From positions 1 to 41,412 of the forward strand of contig JAYTHU010000034.1 of assembly GCA_043732305.1 (NCBI GenBank): a stretch of 41,412 bases of DNA, read 5' to 3'. Origin of the DNA: Oligoflexia bacterium. GTDB lineage: Bacteria > Bdellovibrionota > Bdellovibrionia > JABDDW01. Positions 28,160 to 38,281 of this stretch are shown here, one piece after another. Below the pieces are notes generated by a model. It searched no databases and was not told the origin of the DNA. It saw only the letters and a list, made by a program, of their open reading frames with translations. The translations under genes were made by a program, and so were the position numbers. The stretch's first letter is position 1. Each line of letters begins with the position of its first letter.

Positions 28160-31100
28160 ATGCGATTCGCACTCGTGGTTTCCATTGTTTTTCTACAGAG
28201 CACACTCGCTCTGGCTGGTGCCACGCAGAAAGATTTAGATTACGCCGTTTCAAAATCTAATTGGGATGAAGCTGTTGAGATGTCACACGAGATTCTATTT
28301 TCCAGTCCTAAATCAGCCGAAGCCAAAATCAAAGGCGCTTATGCTTTATTTCAAAAGGGATATTCAAACTCGGCGCTGATCATGCTCCGAACTCTCACTC
28401 AGAAAGACTGGCAGTCGTTACCGCAAGGGCAGGATCGTCTTGTGGAAGTGGTTTCTCTTTTTCAGAAAAAAGTTCCGCTGAATTTTTTTCCATGGCAAAT
28501 GGATCAGATCAACGTCAAAGATGCCACCTCTTACATGTCAGATGAACTTCGTTATCTTAAAGGTCGCGCGGCCTATGAGCACGGCCAAAACAGTGAAGCT
28601 GAAACCTTGCTTGAGAGCGTCAGTAAAAATTCTCGTTTTTTTGCGGCGGCACATTATTTGTTGGGCAGTATGGCTGCGGGGAAACATGACTATGTGAATG
28701 CCGTGACTCAGCTGTCGAAAGTTTTTGATCCTACAGTTTTAGATCAGTCTTCTGAATTCTGGAAAGATGTTGGCGCTCAAATGACAAGTCATTGGGGAAG
28801 CAATTTCAAGGTCATGCTTGATACAGATCTATTAGAAAAAAATGCACAAGTGGCGGAACTTTCCGTTTTGGCTTTGGCACGGGTTGCGTACGCTACAAAA
28901 GATTTTGAAACAGCGCTCAAACGCTACTCTGATATTTCTGTTAAATCTCCTCTGCATGGTCGAGCGGTATTAGAAAAAATCTGGACCCTATGGGCTTTGA
29001 ATCGTCACGCAGATGCTCAGAAGGTAGCAGCAGAGTTAGCGGTTGATGGTTCTAGTTTTTCGACGGTAGAAGCTCACGTCCTGCGTGCGCTTGTTTTAGC
29101 GGACTCATCTTTATCTGATGAAGCACGCGCGGAAATTCAAAACTTTGACAGGATTTTTACTAAAACTAAATTAGATTTACAAGAATACCAGCAACGCTCT
29201 CTTTCGCAATTACTCCCTCCCTTTTTGCAATTTGACTTAGAGCAAGATTCGCAATATTTAGCTCTAAAAGGTCATCAAAAAAGTTTAGACGAAGAAATTA
29301 AAGCTGTGAAGTTAGAAGATCAGAAACTTTTCCCGGTCTATTCTGATTTACTTTCGGAACTCAATTTATGGAAGACCAAAAGTTTAAGCAGCGCCGAAGA
29401 AATCACTCGGGATCATGTGACCAAACGAATAACTGATTTGGATCGACTCAACATTCAGTCGAAACTTATTCTCGCTGAAACTTATCTTGAAGACCGGGAA
29501 AAGCTAAAATTAAAAGCTAAAAATACAAAAATCACTGATGAAAAAATGCAAAGAGCTCACGATGAAGAGTTGATTGCACTCCTGACCAAAGCCATTGACG
29601 TGGTGGAGGAGCCTTACAATAAAATGCAGTGGCATCACTCAAAAATACAATTCAGACAGGCTGAGCTATTTTGGGAACTGGGAACCGCAAAACTTATTTT
29701 AGGGCAAGCCAGTGGTAATTTCAAATTAATGACCGACGAAGGAACCAGAGCGCGAGAAAAAGCTCAAAGCATGATCGACGACCTTGCGCTGCAAGGAGCT
29801 TCACTCAGTAATTTTGCGGGAGTGTTATTTTTCAAAGGATTCGCTGAATTAGAATTGGACCATACTGCCGGCGCAGTGAAAACATTTCGCCTTTATCTTC
29901 AGAAATTTCCTACTCACGAACATGCTGCGGACACTTATCGTATTTTGGCAGATCTTAGTTTTGATGAAAATAAATTCACCGACGCTGAAAAAGATTATAA
30001 AAAGATTTTAGAGTTTCCAGAGTCGCCTCTCGTTGGTTACGCTCTCTACAAACTCGGTTGGTGTGCCTACAATTTAAAAAATTTCGGCCGCGCTCTGCTT
30101 GCTCTGGAAAAAGCATACGTTTGGACGGAAGAATCAAATCAGAACCAACTTATTGGACTTAAAAAAGAATCGCGCCACTATCTTATTTCAATATATGCCG
30201 AAGTCGGAGATGCCAACAAGGCCACTGAGTATTTCAAGCGATTCTCTTCAGTGGGCGGTGTCGATTGGCTCGTGGAACTCACCAAAGAGTATGAGAACAA
30301 CGGGCAGTTTGAAAAAGCTCAGAATATTTATCGCAATCTTATAATCATGGATGCAAATTCGAGTGACAATATGACTTACATGGCGGGGATTATCCAGTCA
30401 GCGTATAAACTTCAGCGCTGGGATTTAGTGACTTCAACATTAAAAGAATTGATCGCCCATTTTGGACAAAAACTATCCGTTTCTCAAGCAGACACTTCTC
30501 CCGAATATGCGGTTGAGAAAATTGTCCGAGAAGTTGTCGGTGCCCATCAAACTGATTTTAGGCGGTCTTCTAATCCGGAAATTATTAAGCGTATTGTTTC
30601 TATAGACGAACTTTATTTAACACAATTCAAGTCATGGTCATTTTCTCAGGATATTTTATATCGCCATGCTCAATATTTGTTGGAAAAATCAATGGTCATC
30701 GATGCGGAAAAATCTTTCAAGCAACATTGGCTTCAATTTCAAGATACTCTTAAAGAGCCATTGAAAGAAGAAGCTCTGCGTAATCTCATTCATACCTTGG
30801 GCACGCTAGAAGAAAAGCATACTCTCAAAGAGTTGAGTGCTGAAGCGAACGATATTTTGAGTTATGCGCCTCAGTATAGAACTTTATATCCTTCCACTAA
30901 ATATCTTCGTCCCATTCTCTATCTTTATTCGACCACACTTCTAAAATACGGTCGCACTGATGAAGGAATTTCTCTTAGCCAAAAGCTTTATGATGAAAAC
31001 CCAACTGATGAGATCGGCAGCGCTTCCTTTAAGAATTTAAGTAAAACCTATTATGGATTGAAGGATTGGCAGCGTACCTTCATCTGGGCTAATACTTTGG

Positions 31101-32545
31101 GCGCAGCTTCAGAGAAAAACAAAACTTATGCCGCCGAGATTCAAACAATTCGCCAAGAGTCCTATTTCTTGTGGGCTGAAAATACCAAAGACGATGTCGA
31201 GTCAGCAGGGCTGTTTTTAAAAGCGGTCGATGATCCTCAAATGAAAACACTTTGGAAGAAAAGTTTGTACAACGCTTTTGTTCGATTCAATAAAGTCGGC
31301 AAAAAATACGAAGCGTTGCAGACAGCAAGTCGAATGGAAAAGCTTTTTCCTGGCGAAGATTCCGTTGTTCAGATCGCAGGATTGCGAGCGGCGATATATC
31401 AAGAGGCGGGTGACTATGCCAGTGCCCTTCCCTATTTAGAGCAGTTTTTAAGAAGCAGCGATGCCGCTAAAACTTCTCCTTCATCAGTGGCGCAAGCGCA
31501 GCTTAACGCTGCTTTGATTGCGGAAGCACTCGATCAAAAAGAAAAAGCCAAGGATTATTATAACCGCTTTTTACATAATCCAAGTGTTGTTAAAAAAGAA
31601 GATGCCGAGCGTGGATTGTCACGGCTGCTCGCTTCTGTTAATGCGCCTATAGGTAATTTTCCAGAGTGGGCTAAGCTCACTAAAGAAAAAGCTAGTTTCA
31701 TAAATAAACCCCTCGTGGCCCAACAAGATTTAGTGGCTGAATTGAAGACGGGCGCACTGCGATTACAAAAATTAACGGAACAGTTTATCTCTGCTGCGAA
31801 CTCACCAAAAACTCCAGCTTACTATGCAGTAGAGAGTTACTGCGCTCTGCCATTTCTTTACGCGTCTTACAGTCAGGCTGTCAGAGCTCTTGGAGTAAAA
31901 GACAAAGACCTGCAAACTGAATTGGAAAAAGTGGCGTCACCCATAGACGCTAAGGTTGATGATTTTGCTAAGGGTTGCATCGATGGCGCTCTCAGCACGG
32001 AAACTGGTGGACCACTTTATGAGGAGGTGTTGAAACAGTGGGGATGGCAAAAAGACGCTAAACTCAATTTACTCGTTTCACAAATTACGGTTCAGCTAGA
32101 AAAAAATGGTCCTTGGCTTGAACCTCTCGATATAAAAACATCCGAAAGTGAAATGATAAACGCAAATCTGAAGTCTGAAGCCCTGACACAAGCTCCAGAT
32201 TCTTGGCTGAAATTGGCCCGTCTACGTTTTCAATCGGGACATTTAGGTTTGAGTCGATTGACTTACATGGATGCGCTCAGCAGGGAGCCCGCTTCCGGCG
32301 CGCTTTTAAATGGGTTTGCCTGTGCCGAGCAGAAACTTGAAAAAGTCCAGGAAGCCGTATCCGGACTCTTCAAACATGCTGGCACTTCGGGTTCGGGATA
32401 TGCGTGGATCAATGAAGGTCTCATTCAACTGAGAGCCCACAGACTTCCGCTTGCCAAAGAAGCTTTCCAAAAAGCACTGCTCACTGCAGCCTTTGATTCC
32501 GCGCCAAAATTAAAACAAGACGTGAAGGAGTTGACAGGGCCATGA
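28160..32545 (+). CDS. Giant exported TPR protein, adventurous-gliding Glt-like (apparent GltC/GltD/GltE composite)
   Basis: Signal peptide and many TPRs, including 'ELSVLALARVAY', 'FRQAELFWE' and 'YALYKLGWCAYNL'. It lies upstream of gltF- and gltG-like genes. Confidence 0.75.
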   Translation: MRFALVVSIVFLQSTLALAGATQKDLDYAVSKSNWDEAVEMSHEILFSSPKSAEAKIKGAYALFQKGYSNSALIMLRTLTQKDWQSLPQGQDRLVEVVSLFQKKVPLNFFPWQMDQINVKDATSYMSDELRYLKGRAAYEHGQNSEAETLLESVSKNSRFFAAAHYLLGSMAAGKHDYVNAVTQLSKVFDPTVLDQSSEFWKDVGAQMTSHWGSNFKVMLDTDLLEKNAQVAELSVLALARVAYATKDFETALKRYSDISVKSPLHGRAVLEKIWTLWALNRHADAQKVAAELAVDGSSFSTVEAHVLRALVLADSSLSDEARAEIQNFDRIFTKTKLDLQEYQQRSLSQLLPPFLQFDLEQDSQYLALKGHQKSLDEEIKAVKLEDQKLFPVYSDLLSELNLWKTKSLSSAEEITRDHVTKRITDLDRLNIQSKLILAETYLEDREKLKLKAKNTKITDEKMQRAHDEELIALLTKAIDVVEEPYNKMQWHHSKIQFRQAELFWELGTAKLILGQASGNFKLMTDEGTRAREKAQSMIDDLALQGASLSNFAGVLFFKGFAELELDHTAGAVKTFRLYLQKFPTHEHAADTYRILADLSFDENKFTDAEKDYKKILEFPESPLVGYALYKLGWCAYNLKNFGRALLALEKAYVWTEESNQNQLIGLKKESRHYLISIYAEVGDANKATEYFKRFSSVGGVDWLVELTKEYENNGQFEKAQNIYRNLIIMDANSSDNMTYMAGIIQSAYKLQRWDLVTSTLKELIAHFGQKLSVSQADTSPEYAVEKIVREVVGAHQTDFRRSSNPEIIKRIVSIDELYLTQFKSWSFSQDILYRHAQYLLEKSMVIDAEKSFKQHWLQFQDTLKEPLKEEALRNLIHTLGTLEEKHTLKELSAEANDILSYAPQYRTLYPSTKYLRPILYLYSTTLLKYGRTDEGISLSQKLYDENPTDEIGSASFKNLSKTYYGLKDWQRTFIWANTLGAASEKNKTYAAEIQTIRQESYFLWAENTKDDVESAGLFLKAVDDPQMKTLWKKSLYNAFVRFNKVGKKYEALQTASRMEKLFPGEDSVVQIAGLRAAIYQEAGDYASALPYLEQFLRSSDAAKTSPSSVAQAQLNAALIAEALDQKEKAKDYYNRFLHNPSVVKKEDAERGLSRLLASVNAPIGNFPEWAKLTKEKASFINKPLVAQQDLVAELKTGALRLQKLTEQFISAANSPKTPAYYAVESYCALPFLYASYSQAVRALGVKDKDLQTELEKVASPIDAKVDDFAKGCIDGALSTETGGPLYEEVLKQWGWQKDAKLNLLVSQITVQLEKNGPWLEPLDIKTSESEMINANLKSEALTQAPDSWLKLARLRFQSGHLGLSRLTYMDALSREPASGALLNGFACAEQKLEKVQEAVSGLFKHAGTSGSGYAWINEGLIQLRAHRLPLAKEAFQKALLTAAFDSAPKLKQDVKELTGP

Positions 32546-32802
32546 AAAAAATTGGAAGATTATGTCTTGTGCTAATGATTTGCCTTTTTTGTGCTAGCTC
32601 AGTCAAATTGAATGCTGCAGAAAAGACGATCGTTTATAAAAAAACAGAGAGTCATAAGTTCAATGGACTCAAGCTCAAAGGTGAATTTAAAAAACCAAAT
32701 TTGAGCTATATCTACCAACGGAAGGGAATGAGATCTGAACAAATCGTCGACATCCCAGAAAACTTCAACAGAGAAATCAGGGACGACGGTCAACGGTTCT
32801 AA
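32542..32802 (+). CDS. gltF: GltF/CglF-like small exported gliding protein
   Basis: 'IVYKKTESHKFNGLKLKGEFKKPNLSYI...IPENFNREI' matches the GltF pattern; signal peptide; ATGA overlap. Confidence 0.7.
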   Translation: MKKIGRLCLVLMICLFCASSVKLNAAEKTIVYKKTESHKFNGLKLKGEFKKPNLSYIYQRKGMRSEQIVDIPENFNREIRDDGQRF

Positions 32803-34042
32803 CCTTCGTGTCACCGTTTTTTGGGGTGACATCCTTTACGCCACTACAATAGTTCAATCCGCAGAGTCCATTACTGTTGGTAACGATCCCAAAAATACAT
32901 TTGTTCTTGATCAAGAATCCGCATGGAAAAGTGTGGAGTTGGTTAAAGTTTTAAAAGATGGAAATGCAGAATTGAAATTTGACGAATCCATCACGGGCCA
33001 TGTGCGAATTGGTAACCAATTGGTTTCTTTAGCCACTGCACGTCACACTGAAAAAGTGGCCGCAGACACAAATGGATTCTTTGCGGTTCCCATCGGCCGA
33101 GGGGAAAAAGCTGACGTTCTCATTGGGCACGTTGGGTTTTTCTTCGATTGGCTCGATGACCATGAAGCATTGCCTCGGCATCTCGATTGCGAAGCCGGCG
33201 AAAAAAGAAAATGGTTAATTCCTTTAGCGGCAATGCTGATTTTTCTGGGATTGTTTTTTATTCTCGCCGAGTTTGGCCCCATTTCTGAAAAAGAAAAGCC
33301 TCCAGAACGATTAGTTACTCTGCTCCCGAGAGAACAACACGCTCAAGCGGCTGCGGGAGAAAAGAAAAGTGCTGATGGCGGAGCGAAAACGGGGGCTGCG
33401 GGAAAAGCTGCGCTCACTGCGGAACCCAAAGTTTCTGCTGCTGATCAAGTGCGAAGGGCAAATTTAGGAAGTGTGGTCAGTGGTCTCACCTCGCTAGGAA
33501 GTCAAACCACGGCTGCGCAAAAATCAAATGCTTCATCAGCGGTGAATCAAGTTGGAACGGGTGGTTTCACCACTGAAGGTTTGAAAGCGGGTGGTGGCGG
33601 TAAAACTGTGGGGCTTGGCCGAACTGTGGGGCAGGGTGAAGGTGGTTTTTCCGGAACAGGACGCCTTGGTCTATCCGGAGATTCTGCGGTTGAAGGTGGG
33701 ACGGGTTACGGTAAACCAGACAAAATAAGTGAAGGCGGATTATCTCGAGACGTCATCGAAAGTATCATACGAAGGCGCCAATATCGAATTCGTCTCTGCT
33801 ATGAGAGACAGCTTAATTTCAACGCTAAACTTGCCGGAAAAATTTCAATGCATTTTGTGATTGGTGCGCAGGGAAATGTGCTCAAAGCAAATATCACTGA
33901 GGACACAATGAAAAATGATAACGTAAACAAATGCGTTTTAGACGAAGTGAAATCTTGGATTTTCCCAGCACCTGAAGGGGGCACGCTAGTTAACGTGGAT
34001 TACCCCTTTGTGTTCGAATCTAGTGCACACTCTTCAAGCTAG
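32783..34042 (+). CDS. gltG: GltG/PglI-like TonB-type protein (AgmX/PglI C-terminal domain)
   Basis: Single TM, Gly-rich linker and 'GGLSRDVIESIIRR...IRLCYERQL...FPAPEGG.LVNVDYPF'. The frame is open from 32732, but the first canonical start is GTG 32933, so the start is uncertain. Confidence 0.8.
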   Translation, partial: TTVNGSNLRVTVFWGDILYATTIVQSAESITVGNDPKNTFVLDQESAWKSVELVKVLKDGNAELKFDESITGHVRIGNQLVSLATARHTEKVAADTNGFFAVPIGRGEKADVLIGHVGFFFDWLDDHEALPRHLDCEAGEKRKWLIPLAAMLIFLGLFFILAEFGPISEKEKPPERLVTLLPREQHAQAAAGEKKSADGGAKTGAAGKAALTAEPKVSAADQVRRANLGSVVSGLTSLGSQTTAAQKSNASSAVNQVGTGGFTTEGLKAGGGGKTVGLGRTVGQGEGGFSGTGRLGLSGDSAVEGGTGYGKPDKISEGGLSRDVIESIIRRRQYRIRLCYERQLNFNAKLAGKISMHFVIGAQGNVLKANITEDTMKNDNVNKCVLDEVKSWIFPAPEGGTLVNVDYPFVFESSAHSSS

Positions 34043-35627
34043 AGGGCGCGCGAGGAGACGATTCTTCTTCTGATCTGGTTTTATTTCCTGGCTGCTCCAA
34101 ATAATCTGTTCGGACTTGCTCTTCAGAACTTTGACCATTCGAAATAAAGAGATCAACCAATGGCACGGCACCAACCATGTGAAACGCCATAGTCTGAGGT
34201 GTTTCTTCGTTGCCAAGCTTGTCGATACTTTTATAAATAATTTTGTAAACTTTCTGCGTGTTTTGCAAAGTCAGTGGTCCTTGATACGGAGTGAAGGGAC
34301 CATCGTTGATGCTCACCATAGTTTTATCCACACCAACCGAACTGTTACCAACGTTGAATGTGACAACGTTAGGAGCAGGGGAGTAAGTGATGTTGCCGCG
34401 TAAAACTAAAGGTTGTGCGGTAGAGATTGTGGTCACGGGTCCAGAGTCTGCGATGAATACGTTAAACACTTTTGCGGGCTCGGCAGTGCCAATACGATCG
34501 ACGGCTCGATAACTCACGTTGTGAAATCCTGCAGTTTTAAAACGCACGGGTTCCAGGAAACTTCTGAAGTCAGGTTCGTTGTCCACTTTGACTTCAATTC
34601 GCTCAAGACCAACGCTGTTGTTTGTGGCTTCGAATTTCAATTGAAAATCATGTGTGGCGTAATTGATTCCACCCGTATTCACAATTTTTCCCGAGGTGAT
34701 CGCGGTTGTGCGAGGGGGCGTGGAAACGCTATAGATCTTAATTGATTTTTCTGCTTCTTTATTGCCCACGTTATCAACGGAGTAATATTTGAAGAGATGA
34801 GGACCTTCTTGCAAAAAGAAAATGGGCTTGATGTAAGGCGTGAATTCGCCGTTATTCAATGACACCCATATTTGTTTCACTTGAGAAGCGTCATCGGAAG
34901 CTTCAACTGTGAAAGCAGCACCGTCACTGACGTAAGTACGGCCATCCAGCATCACGGTTTTATCGGCATTCTGAAGTTTCAATGTTGATGTAGGCGCAGA
35001 CCCATCGACCACTAAATTTGCTTGTTTTGTCATTTCCACGTTACCAACTCGGTCGGTGGAACGGTAATAAATGGTTTTATGTCCTAGTTCTTTCATTACA
35101 ATGGGCTCGAGATAATCTTGGAAAGTTTTTCCGTCCCAAGAGTATTCAATGCTGGCTACTCCTGAAAGACTGTCTGACGAAACTAAATTGATTGCAGAAT
35201 TTTGGGCCACAAAGATACCGGTTTGATCCTTGTAAAATTTTGCATCAGGGAATTTTAGCTCTGTCGTGGGTGCGGTCAAATCAACAAACACTTCCACAAA
35301 TTGAACCGGGGACCAATTGTTCACGGGTGTCACTGCTCTAAATTTAAGAGTGTGTTTTCCTTCTTTTTGAAACTGAACGGCTTCACCGTAAGGTCTGAAT
35401 TCTCCTGCGTCCACGCTCACTTCAATCCGATCAATGATTTGACTTTGCTCAGACTGTTTGAGATTAAATTTTGAGCTGCCGCCGATAAAATATTTCTTTG
35501 TTGCCGGATCGTACACCAGTGGAAGTTTCCCCTTGGCTTCTTCGGCGCCTGCATTTTGACCGGCGATCAATAAGAGGTTAATGGCAAACAGGGAAAAAAG
35601 TTTAAAGGACGTTTTTGTATTCTTCAT
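34020..35627 (-). CDS. Exported protein with about 5 OmpL47-type Ig-like repeats
   Basis: Signal peptide; repeated 'EG.H...Y.S.D.VGN.E' units (e.g. YYRSTDRVGNVE, YYSVDNVGNKE, YKSIDKLGNEE). Confidence 0.8.
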   Translation of the reverse strand: MKNTKTSFKLFSLFAINLLLIAGQNAGAEEAKGKLPLVYDPATKKYFIGGSSKFNLKQSEQSQIIDRIEVSVDAGEFRPYGEAVQFQKEGKHTLKFRAVTPVNNWSPVQFVEVFVDLTAPTTELKFPDAKFYKDQTGIFVAQNSAINLVSSDSLSGVASIEYSWDGKTFQDYLEPIVMKELGHKTIYYRSTDRVGNVEMTKQANLVVDGSAPTSTLKLQNADKTVMLDGRTYVSDGAAFTVEASDDASQVKQIWVSLNNGEFTPYIKPIFFLQEGPHLFKYYSVDNVGNKEAEKSIKIYSVSTPPRTTAITSGKIVNTGGINYATHDFQLKFEATNNSVGLERIEVKVDNEPDFRSFLEPVRFKTAGFHNVSYRAVDRIGTAEPAKVFNVFIADSGPVTTISTAQPLVLRGNITYSPAPNVVTFNVGNSSVGVDKTMVSINDGPFTPYQGPLTLQNTQKVYKIIYKSIDKLGNEETPQTMAFHMVGAVPLVDLFISNGQSSEEQVRTDYLEQPGNKTRSEEESSPRAPSSLKSVH

Positions 35628-35795
35628 GGATTAATGGTCGGTGGATTTCTGCCAAATCTTTAACTGAGTTTGGGATTCATATTGGCTGGTCTAGAATGCT
35701 ACGCGTTAACTCTTTAAGGTCTTGTATTTCGGAGAGAATAAAATTTAAGATTAAGCTTACTTTTTCAAATCAAAAATTAGCCGGGGGGCCACAGT

Positions 35796-36449
35796 ATGTT
35801 TTTAGTCAATCAATTCAGAGAAGGCGGAACAATGATGTATCCGATTCTCATCCTGGGAATCATTGCCTTTTACATTGCGGTTGATCGCGTGCGCATACTT
35901 TACTTCCGCATGAATCTAAATAAAGACGCTTTCTTTAAAAAGCTCACTGCTTCGCTGCTAAAAGGCGACATTATCGGTATGATCACGATCTGCGATCAAA
36001 ACCCTGCCCCTTTATCTAAAGTTGTGAAGAGCTGTCTCATTCGATTAGTAAACAAAGGCAGTGATGCTGAAATTCAAGCCGCACTAGACGAAGGGGCGCT
36101 GACAGAAGTTCCGCAAATTGAAAAAAACTTGGGATTTCTAGCCGTCATTGGGAACGTTTCTACTTTATTGGGATTGTTAGGGACTATCACTGGATTGATT
36201 GCCAGTTTTGCGGCGGTCGCCAACGCTGATCCTGCAACCAAAGCTGCGTCTCTCACCAAAGGTATTTCTGAAGCAATGAACTGTACCGCTTTTGGTTTGA
36301 TCGTGGCTGTACCCGCAGTTGGTTTATATTCGATTTTGCAAAATCGTGCTCAAAGATTAATAGATGAAATCAATGAGATCAGTATCAAAACTTTTAATTT
36401 TATTCTCGCGAATCGCTCCCGCTTTGGGATCTCCGAAGAAAAAGAATAG
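35796..36449 (+). CDS. MotA/TolQ/ExbB proton-channel subunit (AglR-like)
   Basis: 'GNVSTLLGLLGTITGLI..F' and 'GISEAMNCTAFGLIVAVP'. Confidence 0.92.
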   Translation: MFLVNQFREGGTMMYPILILGIIAFYIAVDRVRILYFRMNLNKDAFFKKLTASLLKGDIIGMITICDQNPAPLSKVVKSCLIRLVNKGSDAEIQAALDEGALTEVPQIEKNLGFLAVIGNVSTLLGLLGTITGLIASFAAVANADPATKAASLTKGISEAMNCTAFGLIVAVPAVGLYSILQNRAQRLIDEINEISIKTFNFILANRSRFGISEEKE

Positions 36450-36475
36450 AAGAAATAGCAGGGAAAGAATAAAAA

Positions 36476-36931
36476 ATGGGTGGCGGATTTGACAATAGTG
36501 ATAATAAATTAAACGTAGAGCTCAATCTCGTTCCTTTCATTGATCTGTTAAGCTCCCTCACGCTTTTTTTACTAGTGACAGCCGTTTGGATTCAAGTGGG
36601 AACAATTCCTGCTTCTGTCGAATCGAGCGGAAAAGCTCGCGCATCTTCAACAGCAAATTATCTTACTGTTCATTTGACTCCGGCCGGGTTCCAATTGACC
36701 TGGCCTAATTCCGTTTCTCATAGCAGCGCACTACCAAGAAGCATTGCTACTAATCACGGGGAATTTGATTTCATAAAACTAGAAAAAGTTTTGCTAGTGG
36801 CCTCCAAAAGTAAAACCCTTCCACCAGCTGCGGTATCGTCAGAGGATAGTGTAGAGTATGGCAAAGTGGTTGAAACAATTGATTCGATGAAAAAATCAGG
36901 ATTTATAAACGTCGCTTTGAGCACCAACTGA
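36476..36931 (+). CDS. ExbD/TolR-family subunit (AglQ-like)
   Basis: 'ELNLVPFIDLLSSLTLFLL' with the conserved TM Asp; 'VEYGKVVETID'. Confidence 0.88.
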   Translation: MGGGFDNSDNKLNVELNLVPFIDLLSSLTLFLLVTAVWIQVGTIPASVESSGKARASSTANYLTVHLTPAGFQLTWPNSVSHSSALPRSIATNHGEFDFIKLEKVLLVASKSKTLPPAAVSSEDSVEYGKVVETIDSMKKSGFINVALSTN

Positions 36932-36932
36932 T

Positions 36933-37436
36933 ATGCCGTTACATAGAGCGCGATTAAAAATCAGTGATTACACAAAAAACCGTAAGAGCAGGCTTAAGCG
37001 GCAAGAGCGAAGCATTCGTATGGTTTCGCTTTCACTCACGTCAATGGTCGATATGTTTGCTATTTTAGTTATTTTCCTTCTGGTGAATTCTGCTTCTGTT
37101 TCACAGTGGATTGAAGTTTCCCATAACATTGAACTTCCTAAAGCAGGATTTGCCGAGCAACCGCAGAAAGCTACAACTCTGCACGTTTCAATTGCAGGGG
37201 TTTTTGGTGGTGATGTACTTTTAGTTTCTGCCAAAGATGTTGCTCATGGCGGAGACAATCTGCCTTCAGTAAAAAAATGGCTTTCTCAGTTCAGCAAGCG
37301 CGAGGGCTTTGTAAACCTCGTGGTTCATACCAAGGTGCCATTCGGCGTCGTCAGGAAGCTTATCAACACATGTCAGGAAACAGGCTTCGGCAAAGTCAAC
37401 CTTGCCGTTCAGCCGACTGCTAAGGCTATCAATTAA
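36933..37436 (+). CDS. ExbD/TolR-family subunit (AglS-like)
   Basis: 'LSLTSMVDMFAILVIFLLVN', 'IELP' and 'VPFGVVRKLINTC..TGFGKVNLAV'. Confidence 0.88.
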   Translation: MPLHRARLKISDYTKNRKSRLKRQERSIRMVSLSLTSMVDMFAILVIFLLVNSASVSQWIEVSHNIELPKAGFAEQPQKATTLHVSIAGVFGGDVLLVSAKDVAHGGDNLPSVKKWLSQFSKREGFVNLVVHTKVPFGVVRKLINTCQETGFGKVNLAVQPTAKAIN

Positions 37437-38281
37437 AGTTCAAGAGTGATCGTTCCCAAAATGTCGGTCCTTAAGATGGCACAATGGCTATCCGTGAGAC
37501 GATCTAGAAGTTCTTGGCGGGGGTGGCGGTACTTGTTATGTCGAGCCACACTCACCACGCAGGCTTTTGGTTTGATTATGTTTAAGAATGGAATAAAGGT
37601 ACTGAAATGACTTCCATGATGGGCGACCTTCAAAACATCTATTTTACTGCCATTCAAAATCGACAATTCCTCGAAATCTAATTTTGGTTCGACCTTGCCC
37701 GGCAAATCGCCAGTGAGAAGAATGCGGGTCCTCTGCTTCACGCTTTCAAAAATAAAAGTAAGGCTTCTCGAATTTTCGTCTTTTTGTTTACCTCCATCGG
37801 GCCAAACGCAGCGAAGGTGAGCGCCTGTAGCAGAAACAGTGTCTCCGCGTTTTAATACTGAAACTTTTGCGCCGCGGTTTTTGAAATAATCTAAAAGCTT
37901 TTGCGCAAGCACGGTGTGTGCATCTAAGTGGGAAAGATAAAGTGTGGATATTCCCATGACCTGATCCACATTTTTATAAAATTGAATGTGATCTTTGTCG
38001 AAGTGAGACAGAAACGCTGAAACCTTTTTCATGTGACAGGCTTTGCGGAGCATAAGCAAAGAACTCTGATGTAAAGGAAAGTCACCCCCAAGATCAAAAA
38101 ACCAACAGGCATCTTGGCCCACATAAGTCATGAGGTCGCCTTGTCCAACATTCCAGAAATAAAATTTGTCTACATGCCTTGAACTCTCTGATTCTGATCT
38201 TTCACAAACTCGCGCCTCCGGAAAAATGGCAAGAGCAAACGCCAGACAAACAACAAAGAAAATATGTAAACGATTCCCCAA
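37433..38281 (-). CDS. ComEC-type metallo-beta-lactamase domain protein (stand-alone)
   Basis: 'NVGQGD', 'SHFDKDH', 'LLTGD', 'VAHHGS' and 'YRHP'. Confidence 0.88.
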   Translation of the reverse strand: MGNRLHIFFVVCLAFALAIFPEARVCERSESESSRHVDKFYFWNVGQGDLMTYVGQDACWFFDLGGDFPLHQSSLLMLRKACHMKKVSAFLSHFDKDHIQFYKNVDQVMGISTLYLSHLDAHTVLAQKLLDYFKNRGAKVSVLKRGDTVSATGAHLRCVWPDGGKQKDENSRSLTFIFESVKQRTRILLTGDLPGKVEPKLDFEELSILNGSKIDVLKVAHHGSHFSTFIPFLNIIKPKACVVSVARHNKYRHPRQELLDRLTDSHCAILRTDILGTITLEL

